This document shows, in pieces, positions 11,396 to 22,090 of a stretch of 39,566 nt of DNA. Each line of letters opens with the position of its first letter. Position 1 is the stretch's first letter. Under the pieces are notes generated by a model. That model had not been told where the DNA came from. It saw only the letters and a list, made by a program, of their open reading frames with translations, and searched no databases. Source of the stretch: Octopus bimaculoides (Eukaryota); contig NC_068982.1 of the NCBI RefSeq assembly GCF_001194135.2, positions 91,789,114 to 91,828,679 on the forward strand. The letters are read 5' to 3'. A program made the position numbers and the translations under genes.

Positions 11396-11783
11396 AGGTG
11401 GAGCTGCAGTGACCCAATGGTTAGGGCAGCGGACTTGCGGTCATAGGATCGCGGTTTCGATTCCCAGACCGGGCGTTTTGAGTGTTTATTGAGCGAAAAC
11501 ACCTAAAGCTCCACGAGGCTCTGGCAGGGGATGGTGGCGAACCCTGCTGTACTCTTTCACCACAACTTTCTATCACTCTTACTTCCTGTTTTTGTTGTGC
11601 CTGTAATTCAAAGGGTCAGCCTTGTCACACTGTGTCACGCTGAATATCCCCGAGAACTGCGTTAAGGGTACACGTGTCTGTGGAGTGCTCAGCCACTTGC
11701 ACGTTAATTTCACGAGCAGGCTGTTCCGTTGATCGGATCAACTGGAACCCTCGACGTCGTAAGCGACGGAGTGCCAACAACAA
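11396..11783 (+). mobile_element. Full-length tRNA(Arg)-like-headed SINE family C with 11-bp TSD
   Basis: Head GACCCAATGGTTAGGGCAGCGGACT...GGTTTCGATTCC, (AAC)n tail, perfect TSD TAGTGCTGGAA at 11385-11395 and 11784-11794. Confidence 0.9.
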
Positions 11784-12267
11784 TAGTGCTGGAACCAGTA
11801 CTGTATTGATGTTACTTTTCATCATAAATTCTTTACCATTTAAAGAATATCTCTCGTCTTAGTCGTTCTTTGATTTAAGCTGGATATTTGGTTTCCTAAA
11901 GTTATATTTCTGTAATTTCTCTCTTAACCCTTTATTCATTTGTATCTTTTCATTGACGATTACATTAATGTTTGAGAGATAAAAGATTTTATTTTCTATT
12001 TTCATGTATTTTCCTATGTTATGTAACTGGGCGTAGATGTTCTTGTCTTAGCAGTTCTGAGAAAACAGACTTTTCTTTATGACAAATGTTACTGCTATAT
12101 TGATTATTTGCTTCACCCGGATTATGATATTGATATTTACAAGTTTTTACTAAGATGACTAGGTTTGCGTTTCATATTGTTGTTAGTCCAGGTTGTTGGG
12201 TTTTTCTTTGGGTGGGGGGTTCTTTTTCAAATATAGTACTGCATTATCTCTTTTGTAAGCCAGTTAC

Positions 12268-12392
12268 ATACATACACACATGCATACATACATACATATA
12301 CGCGCGCGTACGCACTCTCATACACACACACACACACACACACACCTATGTATGTATTGTGTATATATATATGTTTGTGTGTGTATGTATGT

Positions 12393-12431
<39 letters not shown>

Positions 12432-12625
12432 TTATTCAGTTTTATTTCAAGATTTCTTACCAATAGAGAAAGAGCCGATTTCTAACCCAGATCCAAGGCT
12501 TCTTCATTGGAATACCAACATCAACAAGGCATTTTTGTATGCATGTGTGTGTATGTATGTATGTATGTATGTAGGTAGGTAGGTAGGTAGGTAGGTAGGT
12601 AGGTAGGTAGGTAGGTAGATAGGTA
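12268..12625. repeat. Microsatellite cluster: (TACA)n/(CA)n/(TG)n at 12268-12430 and (TATG)n-(TAGG)n at 12545-12625
   Basis: Direct inspection. Confidence 0.85.
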
Positions 12626-12777
12626 GTGTTTGCGTTTTAATATTCCACCAACTTCATCATCATCATCATCAATATTTTTAAAACCATGATGAAGGTGGAT
12701 ATCCATTGTCAACGCTGCTATAATATCGAACAGAACATTATTGTCGGACTTGACGTCCTAATGTTTGCGACCTAAAA

Positions 12778-12840
12778 CAGTGGTTCTCAACCATCGTCCA
12801 TATGGCCTTTGGGAATCCATATAAAATTCGGAGGTTTAGT
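12778..12840 (+). mobile_element. hAT-Charlie-like terminus fragment
   Basis: CAGTGGTTCTCAACC is a typical Charlie/MER-type TIR start. No partner TIR found. Confidence 0.4.
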
Positions 12841-12940
12841 AACTGCTCAGCTCTATTTTGATGATCGTACAGTGATGCTCAACGTAGATTTTAATATGTA
12901 TATTTTCACCTAATGCAATCACAGGTCTTTTATAATGCTT

Positions 12941-12963
12941 CTTTTTCTTCTCCAATATTTCAG
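12941..12963 (+). promoter_or_regulatory. 3' splice acceptor (polypyrimidine tract + tttcag) ahead of the neuropeptide coding exon
   Basis: cttctttttcttctccaatatttcag ends at 12963, 17 nt before the ATG, implying a separate upstream 5'UTR exon. Confidence 0.65.
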
Positions 12964-12980
12964 ATCCACCGTTTGTGATC

Positions 12981-13373
12981 ATGCCTAGAATTACGGTATT
13001 AACACTACTTTCGATAACGTCCTCAATGCTAGTATTTTACTGCCTTGCATCGGAGTTGAAGCCCGAACAGATCAACCGACCACAATCTATTGCAGCTCCT
13101 CGCACAGAGCGAGACACAACCAGAGCATCGAAAGATGTTCTGGCTAATATCTTATTAAACATCTTACGAGAAAGGAATATGGCAAATGGATATATAAACT
13201 ATCCATCGGCTTCCAGTTTGGATAACCAGCTTGATTCATCGTCTCAGCTACAGAAGAAGAATACATATTACGGTTACCGTCGAAGCAATGGACGTGTGCC
13301 ATCGTTCGGAAGTAAGATTTTCCCTTCTTCATCAGAAGAAGATAGCGGTCCTTCAGTTTTTAGGTATGGTTAA
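12981..13373 (+). CDS. NKY: Neuropeptide precursor, 130 aa, NKY (neuropeptide KY)-like RYamide prepropeptide
   Basis: ATG at 12981 in an atcATG context. Hydrophobic signal peptide MPRITVLTLLSITSSMLVFYCLA. KK at aa 92-93, RR at aa 100-101. Ends VFRY-G-stop (amidation donor Gly). The predicted peptide KNTYYGYRRSNGRVPSFGSKIFPSSSEEDSGPSVFRYamide starts with K, ends in RYamide and carries an SFGS motif as recalled for annelid/mollusc NKY peptides. Intact non-repetitive ORF among decayed TEs. Family call is from memory and needs BLAST. Confidence 0.8.
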   Translation: MPRITVLTLLSITSSMLVFYCLASELKPEQINRPQSIAAPRTERDTTRASKDVLANILLNILRERNMANGYINYPSASSLDNQLDSSSQLQKKNTYYGYRRSNGRVPSFGSKIFPSSSEEDSGPSVFRYG

Positions 13374-13380
13374 TTTAAAA

Positions 13381-13530
13381 AACAACAACAAAATGGAACT
13401 ATTCACTGACACGCCTAATTTTAACTACAACTGTAGAAATTACAACTTCAACAACAACAACATCAACAGCAGCAGCAATAATATTAACAAGAACACCAAC
13501 AACAACAGCAGCAGCAGCAGAAATAAGCAG
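13381..13530 (+). repeat. Compound (AAC)n/(AGC)n trinucleotide repeat in the putative 3'UTR
   Basis: aacaacaac...agcagcagc runs directly after the stop codon. Confidence 0.8.
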
Positions 13531-13573
13531 AAGCAACATCAATTTAAATAACAAATAATTTAGTAAAATACGA

Positions 13574-13579
13574 AATAAA
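13574..13579 (+). promoter_or_regulatory. Candidate polyadenylation signal AATAAA for the neuropeptide gene
   Basis: AATAAA about 200 nt after the stop codon, followed by A/T-rich sequence. AT-rich DNA yields such hexamers by chance. Confidence 0.35.
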
Positions 13580-13669
13580 GTTATTCAGAAACCATGAAAA
13601 AAATTACTGTTTCATCTATTTATTTACTTTGTTTAAATTAATTACGAACTTTCAACAAATAAAGAAGGG

Positions 13670-13985
13670 CAGAGAGCAGGGAATGGGAGAACCCGTAGAG
13701 TGCCGGACAAGGTGCCTTGCGGTATTTGTTACAGCCCTTTATGTTCTGGGTTTGAATCCTGCTGAGTTCAACTTTGTCTTTCATCCCTCTGGGATTGGTA
13801 AGGTGCCAGTCAAGAACTGGGGTAGATTTAATCGACGAATACCCTCTACTATCTCCCAAATTGTTGACCTTGTGTTTACATCAGAAACAACTATTTTAAA
13901 CAGGTCCCTTATGTCCTAAATTGAAATCCTCATCGAGGTCGACTTTACCTTTTGTTCTTCCTGGGCCGATAAAGCAAAGTCAAGG
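13670..13985 (+). mobile_element. Diverged SINE family B plus partial second copy (13920-13985)
   Basis: gggtttgaatcctgctgagttcaactttgtctttcatccctctggg...ctggggtagatttaatcgac, then gaggtcgactttacctttt...gggccgataaa. Confidence 0.65.
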
Positions 13986-15834
13986 TCTTCAAGTAAGGTA
14001 AGGCCTTGAAGTGGCAGAAACAGTGGCATGTGGGATTATATACACCGTGGTTGATTCAGTCGCCTCTGTCTTTCCTCTACAAACGTGTGGCCCTCATTTG
14101 TTATTCTTATGGGTTAAACAGAAGAGGAGAGGTAACTCCAGTTACCTTTTACAGGGCCTCTAGATTGATGAGAGGGGAAGGCAGTTCAGGAACCTTGTTG
14201 AAATGCTAATCATTAACAGTTAATTTCAAGATTTATTCAAAACTCAATAAAATCTATTTGATCCAACAAAATACTTAATTTGATTTCTGAAAATATAATT
14301 TTGATGAACTTGGTCCAGCGATGTTAGATTCTTAATATTTGAAGGTCATTTAGCAATAAATAATTTTAGCTGTAACGTTAAAACTCAACAACTGATGGAA
14401 CTTCTTTGAGGTTCATCTGCCTGCTGGAAATGATGGCCAAGTCTCTCATATCACATCCTACTGTCTTCAGAAAAAAAAAGGGGGGACACATTGGTTTATG
14501 CAGTGTTGTCATTTGAATCACACCATTTAATTGGCGTTTATTTTATCAACACTGGAGGGGGTGATGGGAGAGGTTGGTTCTAGTGGGATTCAAACATAGG
14601 ATATAATAATATATAAGTACAGTCTTCTAATAATTAAAGCGTAGTCAGGGATGCGTCAGAATAAAAGAAGGGGTGATCAGAATCGAACTTCGGTCTGAGC
14701 AAGAAAAAGAAGAAAAAACGTAATTTTGTCGTATGATGTCAGATAAGCCATGTTTGAGAAAGTCTTTCTGATATGACCATTCCATCTGTTTAGAAGCGTC
14801 TAGCTCTCTATTATCCAATGTTTTATTACTTTGCTTAAGATGGTAGGGTTTAAGGTGATTGAGATTTAGTTGCTATTTCTAACAGCTCGCGTGACCATGA
14901 CCACAGAAGTTTCTCCCTCGCTCTATTAGTCGCATATTCTGACCGACTGACAGACAGACTGATAGATAATTAATGTTAATTATCTTAGTAAAGCATGGAC
15001 AGTGCATAATCTCATTTCTTCCTATAAATATGAACGCTTGTAGGTGTGGTGCATATGATGCGGGATGTTTGTCTCTCCGTGTTTCTTTACAGAAAATCAC
15101 CCGAAGCAATATCTGTATGCCACTTCTAGATAAAGAATAAAGGGGGAAGGAAAATGGTGTTAATGTCACAAAAACTTTATACATAAAATTTTAATTTAGC
15201 AGATAAAAGACGGTAATAAAATAATTGCTAAATGATTTAAACGGTATACAATGAGATGGTAATAAAAAAAAACTAATAAAAGAATAACTAACAATAAAAT
15301 AAGGTAACTGAAATGATACTAAAGGAGCTATTATAAGGAAATAAAATGAGACGGTGACAAAAGAAGAGATGAAAATATTGAAATGAAGGAAGCCTCCAAA
15401 ATTTGTCACCCTGTTTTAAAACTGTGAAGATCGTATTCTACCAGAAAACAATGAAGAGAAGGGTTTACTCTATAATCCCATTGTTCTTAAGAACATGGCT
15501 TGCGCATGGAACTTGCAGTATGTTCATGAATGTATGAGTGGCAGTGTGTTCATGTATGTATGAGTGATATACTGCGCATGCACTTGTGGTTATCATTGCT
15601 ATCTTCATTTGATATTTGACGTATAGCTGCTTTCTGTCCCTTCTTCTATATGTCTCCAATAAGTTGTAGTACACCTGAGCACTGTGTATAAGATCACTGA
15701 TTAGCGAATTCGTTTTACATGATTTTGATTTATACGTAGTCTCGTAGACGATCTATCGTGCAGACAGAGGGGCAACTGCACGCACGCACACACACACACG
15801 CTTATGACATTTCTGAAGTTTAGAAATTTATAAC

Positions 15835-15883
15835 ACAAGGGAAATAATTGAATATATATATTCAATAGAGTTATTTCCCTTGT
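15835..15883. repeat. Palindromic hairpin (nested inverted repeats)
   Basis: ACAAGGGAAATAA (15835-15847) / TTATTTCCCTTGT (15871-15883) is a perfect 13-bp IR around the perfect palindrome TTGAATATATATATTCAA. Confidence 0.85.
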
Positions 15884-16002
15884 ATTAAAAACTTTCCGCT
15901 TCAGTTCTACAAATCCAGTGATTCTAAAGATTATATAAACAGGACTTGTTTTTTTGAAGCATTTTGTGTGCTATTCAACCGATTCTGCATATGTGTGTGT
16001 GT

Positions 16003-16061
<59 letters not shown>

Positions 16062-16130
16062 NNNNNNNNNNNNNNNNNNNNNNNNNNNNNNNNNNNNNNN
16101 NNNNNNNNNNNNNNNNNNNTATGCATATAT

Positions 16131-16290
16131 ATCATCATCATCATCATCATCATTTAACGTCCGCTTTCCATGCTAGCATGGGTTGGACGATTTGACTGAG
16201 GGCTGGTGAAACCAGATGGCTACACCAGGCTCCAATCTGATTTGGCAGAGTTTCTACAGCTGGATGCCCTTTCTAACGCCAACCACTCAG
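16131..16290 (-). mobile_element. SINE 3' half with RTE-like tail and (ATG)n terminus
   Basis: Reverse complement gtggttggcgttagaaagggcatccagctgtagaaactctgcc...gcggacgttaaatgatgatgatg. Confidence 0.7.
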
Positions 16291-17046
16291 AGAATAAGGA
16301 AAACAAATGGAAAACAAGACAAGTAACATAAAGAACGACCCTTCATCAGTTGTCAGCTGTCTATTTACTCTTCATTTTGAGCATTGAATGACAATATGAG
16401 TATTCAAAGGACAGTGGAGACATACAAGGAAACCGAATGAAAACAAACATGTAGGGTCGTTAGACCAGAATGAGGGTAAAAATTGTGAATGCTGGAGAAA
16501 TATTTTCTTTGACAAGAGAAAAGATATAAGAGAGATAGGATACGTGTTGTCTTTACGACAGTCGTGAAATAAAAAAAAGATGATCATCTGAGGAACAGAA
16601 AGATGGATAATGGTCACGTGTGAACAACAAGAGAGAGAAATGAGGAGAGAGAGAGAGAGCAAGAGAGACAGACAGAGACAGAGACAGACAGACATATAGA
16701 AAATGGTGAAGGCGAGGAAAAAAGGGGATTAAAGGAAAGATGAGAGAGAAAACAGTATAGAGTAGAGTCACATCAAAAAGATGAAGATAAACTTACTTGG
16801 AAATGGATGCGGAGTATTCAATCAACTGTGAATCAATCTTGGAATATCACCTAATTAGCTGAATCACAAGACAAGATTCTTCAATAGTTGGCACGGCGTT
16901 GACTAATTATGAATATATACACATGCGAAAATTGTAATTCGCCATGTTACCTTACTATAGTATTTAAATTGTCTTTTTTACTAATTATCTCCCCCTTAAT
17001 ATTTATTTGCCTTTTTAATATCCCTAAACTGAACAATTACTATATA

Positions 17047-17113
<67 letters not shown>

Positions 17114-18272
17114 TTACATAATAATGAGCATAGTGCTTTTATGTATTTGTGTGTGTATATATATATATAAATATATATATGTCCAAAATCACAAAGTAGG
17201 AGTAGGACGGAGTTGGAGAAAGAGTAGTATAAGTGAAGAGAGAGGAAAGAAAATAGTAATTCAGTGAAGGAGAAGTAGTGAGAATAATAACCCTGACTGA
17301 AAGAGAGTGATAGAAAATAATAGCAATGAGAAAATTTACCTGCATGATGAATTTCCAGAAGTTAGGGGTGGATTATATAGAGATGGTGTACTTTTCCTCA
17401 TTAAAAAATGCATTTAATAGAAAATTAGAATTACTTAAGAAAAGATTTTACAAATGTTTCAAAAGGCATACACTTTCTATCTCTATTGAAAAAGATAATA
17501 ATTCAATTAGCTTTTTAGACCTTAACTTCAATCTAACAACCGGATTGCAAGAACCTTTCCGCAAATTAAATTCTAATTTAAGCTACATTGACTTCCAAAG
17601 TAACCATCCAAGGTCAATTAAAAATGCATTAGCCTCCAACATTGGTAAGAGACTAACCTGTTTATTTTCTAATGAAGAAATATTTAATAAACATGTGGAT
17701 AACACAGCTCTAGCACATGCTGGATATAGAGGTAAAATAAAATACCATCGACCAAACAACATTAATGAATATGACAAAACTAATTACAGGCAAAAAATAA
17801 AACTGAACAATTTTATAATCTCACCATAACTGGAAATATAACTTCTAGTAATCCACTTATTTATAAACCAATAATTGATAATGATAACAAATCCAAAATT
17901 AATTCAAATCAACCTCACAATAGCAAACATAATATAAGAAAAACCAATATTAAATTATAAACCCAAGATTAATAAAAGACAGTCGGTTCACAACTATAAT
18001 TATCCCCACAATGATAAAAGCACAATTAATAAACATAATGATATGAATAATCAAATTATTACCTCTAATAGAAACACCACTACTAATTCATATAATGCTC
18101 TGAATAATAATATTAAACCACATACTCATTTTATTAACTGTAACAAATCTAAAAGGGATTTCAACATACCTATAAATAACAATCAGCCTAAAAAATCTAA
18201 CAAAATACAAATTAAAAATAACATTGTTAAATCCATATTTAAGGTCATTCATAAATATTTTAACATTGATAA

Positions 18273-20714
18273 CACAATGTAACACAAGTTTTATTTATAT
18301 TTTTTGCCACTAAATTCAAAAATCACATTCGCTTTGATGCAACATCAATAGTTATTTATTTATTCCTAATTTCATATTTGCTCGTTATATTTGTAACTTT
18401 TCTCTACAGCATTTTGTTGGTTCAATCTATTCCAGTATTGTAAGGATAATTACACAACATTTAGACCTTTTTCATATATTGAAAGGTATTTAGGAAGTAT
18501 AATATTAGTTAGAACAAAAATAAACAATAAAACTCTGCACTGTAAATGCCTTGATAACTCTTTTCTTAAGATGAGAAGTGCTTTGACGATCGAGATTTTC
18601 TGGAGTGTATACCTTCATCTCTTCTGACTAGAGACCATATATAATCTTCCATCAAAGCAGTATTCCATTGTCCTTGGTATCTTCTTTCCATAGTTGCGGT
18701 GTCCTGATGAAATCTCTCACCATGCTCCTCACTGACATCACCCAAGTTTTCAGGGAAAAAATCTAGGTGAGAGTGCAAAAAATGAACCTTTAAGGACATA
18801 CGAGAACCCATTTTCAATAAACTTTGCTACCAGATGTTTGTAATTAGGATCCTTGTGATTTCCTAGGAATCCACGAACTACATCACGAAATACACACCAA
18901 GCTTCTTTTTCAACTTTTGTCATCGCTCTTTCCAATTTCTTTGACTTTAACATTGCATTTACTTGGGGCCCAACAAATATGCCACCCTTGATCTTAGCCT
19001 CAAATAGCTTTGGAAACATAAGACAAATTTCTTGAAAAGCTTCTCCTCTAAAATATAAGGCCTTCACAAACTGTTTTACNNNNNNNNNNNNNNNNNNNNN
19101 NNNNNNNNNNNNNNNNNNNNNNNNNNNNNNNNNNNNNNNNNNNNNNNNNNNNNNNNNNNNNNNNNNNNNNNNNNNNNNNNNNNNNNNNNNNNNNNNNNNN
19201 NNNNNNNNNNNNNNNNNNNNNNNNNNNNNNNNNNNNNNNNNNNNNNNNNNNNNNNNNNNNNNNNNNNNNNNNNNNNNNNNNNNNNNNNNNNNNNNNNNNN
19301 NNNNNNNNNNNNNNNNNNNNNNNNNNNNNNNNNNNNNNNNNNNNNNNNNNNNNNNNNNNNNNNNNNNNNNNNNNNNNNNNNNNNNNNNNNNNNNNNNNNN
19401 NNNNNNNNNNNNNNNNNNNNNNNNNNNNNNNNNNNNNNNNNNNNNNNNNNNNNNNNNNNNNNNNNNNNNNNNNNNNNNNNNNNNNNNNNNNNNNNNNNNN
19501 NNNNNNNNNNNNNNNNNNNNNNNNNNNNNNNNNNNNNNNNNNNNNNNNNNNNNNNNNNNNNNNNNNNNNNNNNNNNNNNNNNNNNNNNNNNNNNNNNNNN
19601 NNNNNNNNNNNNNNNNNNNNNNNNNNNNNNNNNNNNNNNNNNNNNNNNNNNNNNNNNNNNNNNNNNNNNNNNNNNNNNNNNNNNNNNNNNNNNNNNNNNN
19701 NNNNNNNNNNNNNNNNNNNNNNNNNNNNNNNNNNNNNNNNNNNNNNNNNNNNNNNNNNNNNNNNNNNNNNNNNNNNNNNNNNNNNNNNNNNNNNNNNNNN
19801 NNNNNNNNNNNNNNNNNNNNNNNNNNNNNNNNNNNNNNNNNNNNNNNNNNNNNNNNNNNNNNNNNNNNNNNNNNNNNNNNNNNNNNNNNNNNNNNNNNNN
19901 NNNNNNNNNNNNNNNNNNNNNNNNNNNNNNNNNNNNNNNNNACTTAGTAAGACCCAGATCCCTGATTAAATCATCTAGCTCACTCTGATTTGGAAAGTGA
20001 GGCTCCAAAGTCATTCTTGGTACGAAAGCTTCCTCCATTTCTTGGCTGCTGCTACTTGTTGACTCTTCAGATGAAATATTTTCTGGTGGTAGTGGTACTC
20101 GTAAACTGTCATCATGTGGGACAGGTGCTCTAGATGATGGTATGTCTGGATACTGAAGAGCTTGTCTTCCTTTCACTTTTCTGTACTTTGTCACATCAAT
20201 CATACAAAAGTAAGTCATCGTGATGGCTCTTTGGTTCCCTCCATACCCTTGGAATGGCAAAAGGCATTGACCTTCCTGTACCTCTTAACCATCCTTCTAG
20301 AGTAGATCGACAGCTTCCACATATCACATGTGGGGCCCATGGTTTGCCCTGGTCACCCATGGGCATTCTGAAATAGAGTCTGTACACTATCTTATGTAAT
20401 ACCTGCTTTTTTCCAATATAATAACCACACACATAGCAAAATGTAGCTGGAGAATTTTTACATACTCTAGTAGCCATCCTGAAAGTAGCAGAACTTAGTA
20501 ATTGGTCTCAAAGAGAAAATTAGACGTACATTTAGTAGCGGAACATTATAAACAATACTGAATATATAATAACATTGGAAGTCGACATATTTATTTAACT
20601 GTTGATGATACACAAAAAATAATTTCATTTTTGGAATCAGCAGGAAAAATGGATTGATAAACAAAACAAAAAAAATACAATAAACAATTTTTTTTTGAAA
20701 ATTGTTATGTTGTG
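18273..20714 (-). mobile_element. Chapaev3-like (CMC superfamily) DNA transposon, 2442 bp including N-gap
   Basis: Termini CACAATGTAACA (18273) / TGTTATGTTGTG (20714), similar subterminal tttttg..ct.aattcaaaaat blocks, 3-bp TSD TAA at 18270-18272 and 20715-20717. CAC ends with a TWA TSD are the recalled Chapaev3 signature. Confidence 0.75.
18566..20477 (-). pseudogene. Chapaev3-like transposase pseudogene
   Basis: N-terminal Cys-rich MATRVCKNSPATFCYVCG...WAPHVICGSC...WREPKSHHDD(C)YFC. C-terminal MSLKVHFLHSHLDFFPENLGDVSEEHGERFHQD...RYQG. Frameshifts near 20215 and 18817, gap 19080-19941. Confidence 0.8.
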
Positions 20715-21879
20715 TAATAGATATAATGAAATCATAAACTGCAAAACCATCAGGATTGGTTTTAGCCAAACTCCTAACTTATTTACTATTATATCATCAA
20801 TTAACAACAGAAAATTAAATGAATTCTACACCAATAGAAATACCCATGACAACAATTCTACTAATTCTCCTAAACTTAAACTACATATTCCAAACTCCAC
20901 CAACTCTAATAATAACAGCTACATAACTCTCAATGATGGAACCATAATAACCCATATTAACTCCATTAATACCAATTTTTCTAATAAATGCCACATAATA
21001 ACATTTATAGAAATTGTAACTGTAAAGTTAAAACTAATTGTAAATTTAAGAATTCGTGTAAGAGAAGAAATGTAGTCTATCAATGCACAGTTGTAGCTCT
21101 GGGTAAAAAAAACATTTTTGTATAGGTTCTACTGAAAATAAAGTTAAGATTCACATGGCTAACCATCTCCAATCTTTTAAAAATAAACAGAAAATCAACT
21201 CCACCGGATTAAGCAAATTTATATGGGAATTAAAAGATAATAACATTGAATTTGAAATTAAATGGGATATCATTGCTTCTGCAACGTCTTATAAAATCAA
21301 TAACAAGAAATATAATCTATGCATCACGGAAGCTTTCCATATTCTTACTTCTAGGAATGCCCTACTTAAGTTATGAAAAGAGAAAAATATTTCTTGTATT
21401 CATGTGGGAAAATATGTATTCTCTAAATTAAAGTAATTAATTAATATATGATTAAATTATTGAATTATATAACTATATTATATAATATAACACAACAATA
21501 ATATAAAAATATAGTATAATATACAACATTAATAACTATTTGACTTCTTTTTTTAAATGCTTCTCACTGAAAAAATTTGTATAACCCCTTTAATTCATTA
21601 ACTCCACAAATATAATTCTCTTCCTTCCAAACTTTTACTTAACTATACGACTACTAATAATAATGACTATGACCATTATCTAAAATTATTATTGCACCCA
21701 TTGCCTCACATGAATAACCACCTTTACATATTCTTAGTAACCATTTACTAACATTTGAACATTCACACTTGGTAAAATTAATAACTGCTTGACTATTGTT
21801 TCCCTTCTTGCCTTACATTAATAACCACATTTACACATCCTTAACAACATCTTAATATCATTTGAACACACATATACTC

Positions 21880-22090
21880 TTTACTCTTTTACTTGTTTCA
21901 GTCATTTGACTGTGGCCATGCTGGAGCGCCGCCTTTAGTCCAGCAAATCGACCCCAGGACTTATTCTTTGTAAGCCTAGTACTTATTCTATTGGTCTCTT
22001 TTGCCAAACCGCTAAGTTACAGGGACGTAAACACACCAGCATCGGTTGTCAAGTGATGTTGGGGGAACAAACACTGACACACAAACATAT
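21880..22090 (-). mobile_element. SINE family A, 3' half (remainder in N-gap)
   Basis: ttactcttttacttgtttcagtcatttgactgtggccatgctggagc...gacgtaaacacaccagcatcggttgtc is homologous to 1622-1800 and runs into the microsatellite/gap. Confidence 0.85.

Larger units (their letters stand above)
17320..21434 (+). mobile_element. 5'-truncated Penelope-like element (Naiad-like), split by a Chapaev3 insertion (halves about 17320-18272 and 20715-21434)
   Basis: GLYRD-G (17370), SFLDLNFNL, YIDFQSNHP in the left half. CNCKVKTNCKFKNSC (CxCx5Cx5C), VVY...IG, NSTGLSKFIWELK, NLCITE and C-x-H (GIY-YIG domain) in the right half. Confidence 0.8.

Noticed and set aside
11400-11475. tRNA-Arg-like sequence
   Set aside because: It is the head of a TSD-flanked SINE; acceptor and anticodon stems do not pair as in a real tRNA.
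13231-13551. 106-aa ORF ending in poly-Asn/Ser overlapping the neuropeptide gene
   Set aside because: Alternative frame running into the AAC/AGC 3'UTR repeat; non-ATG start and no domain features.
21373-21376. In-frame TGA near the end of the Naiad-like endonuclease as possible selenocysteine
   Set aside because: Aligns with the conserved Arg of LLNKR (likely CGA to TGA decay), not a Cys.
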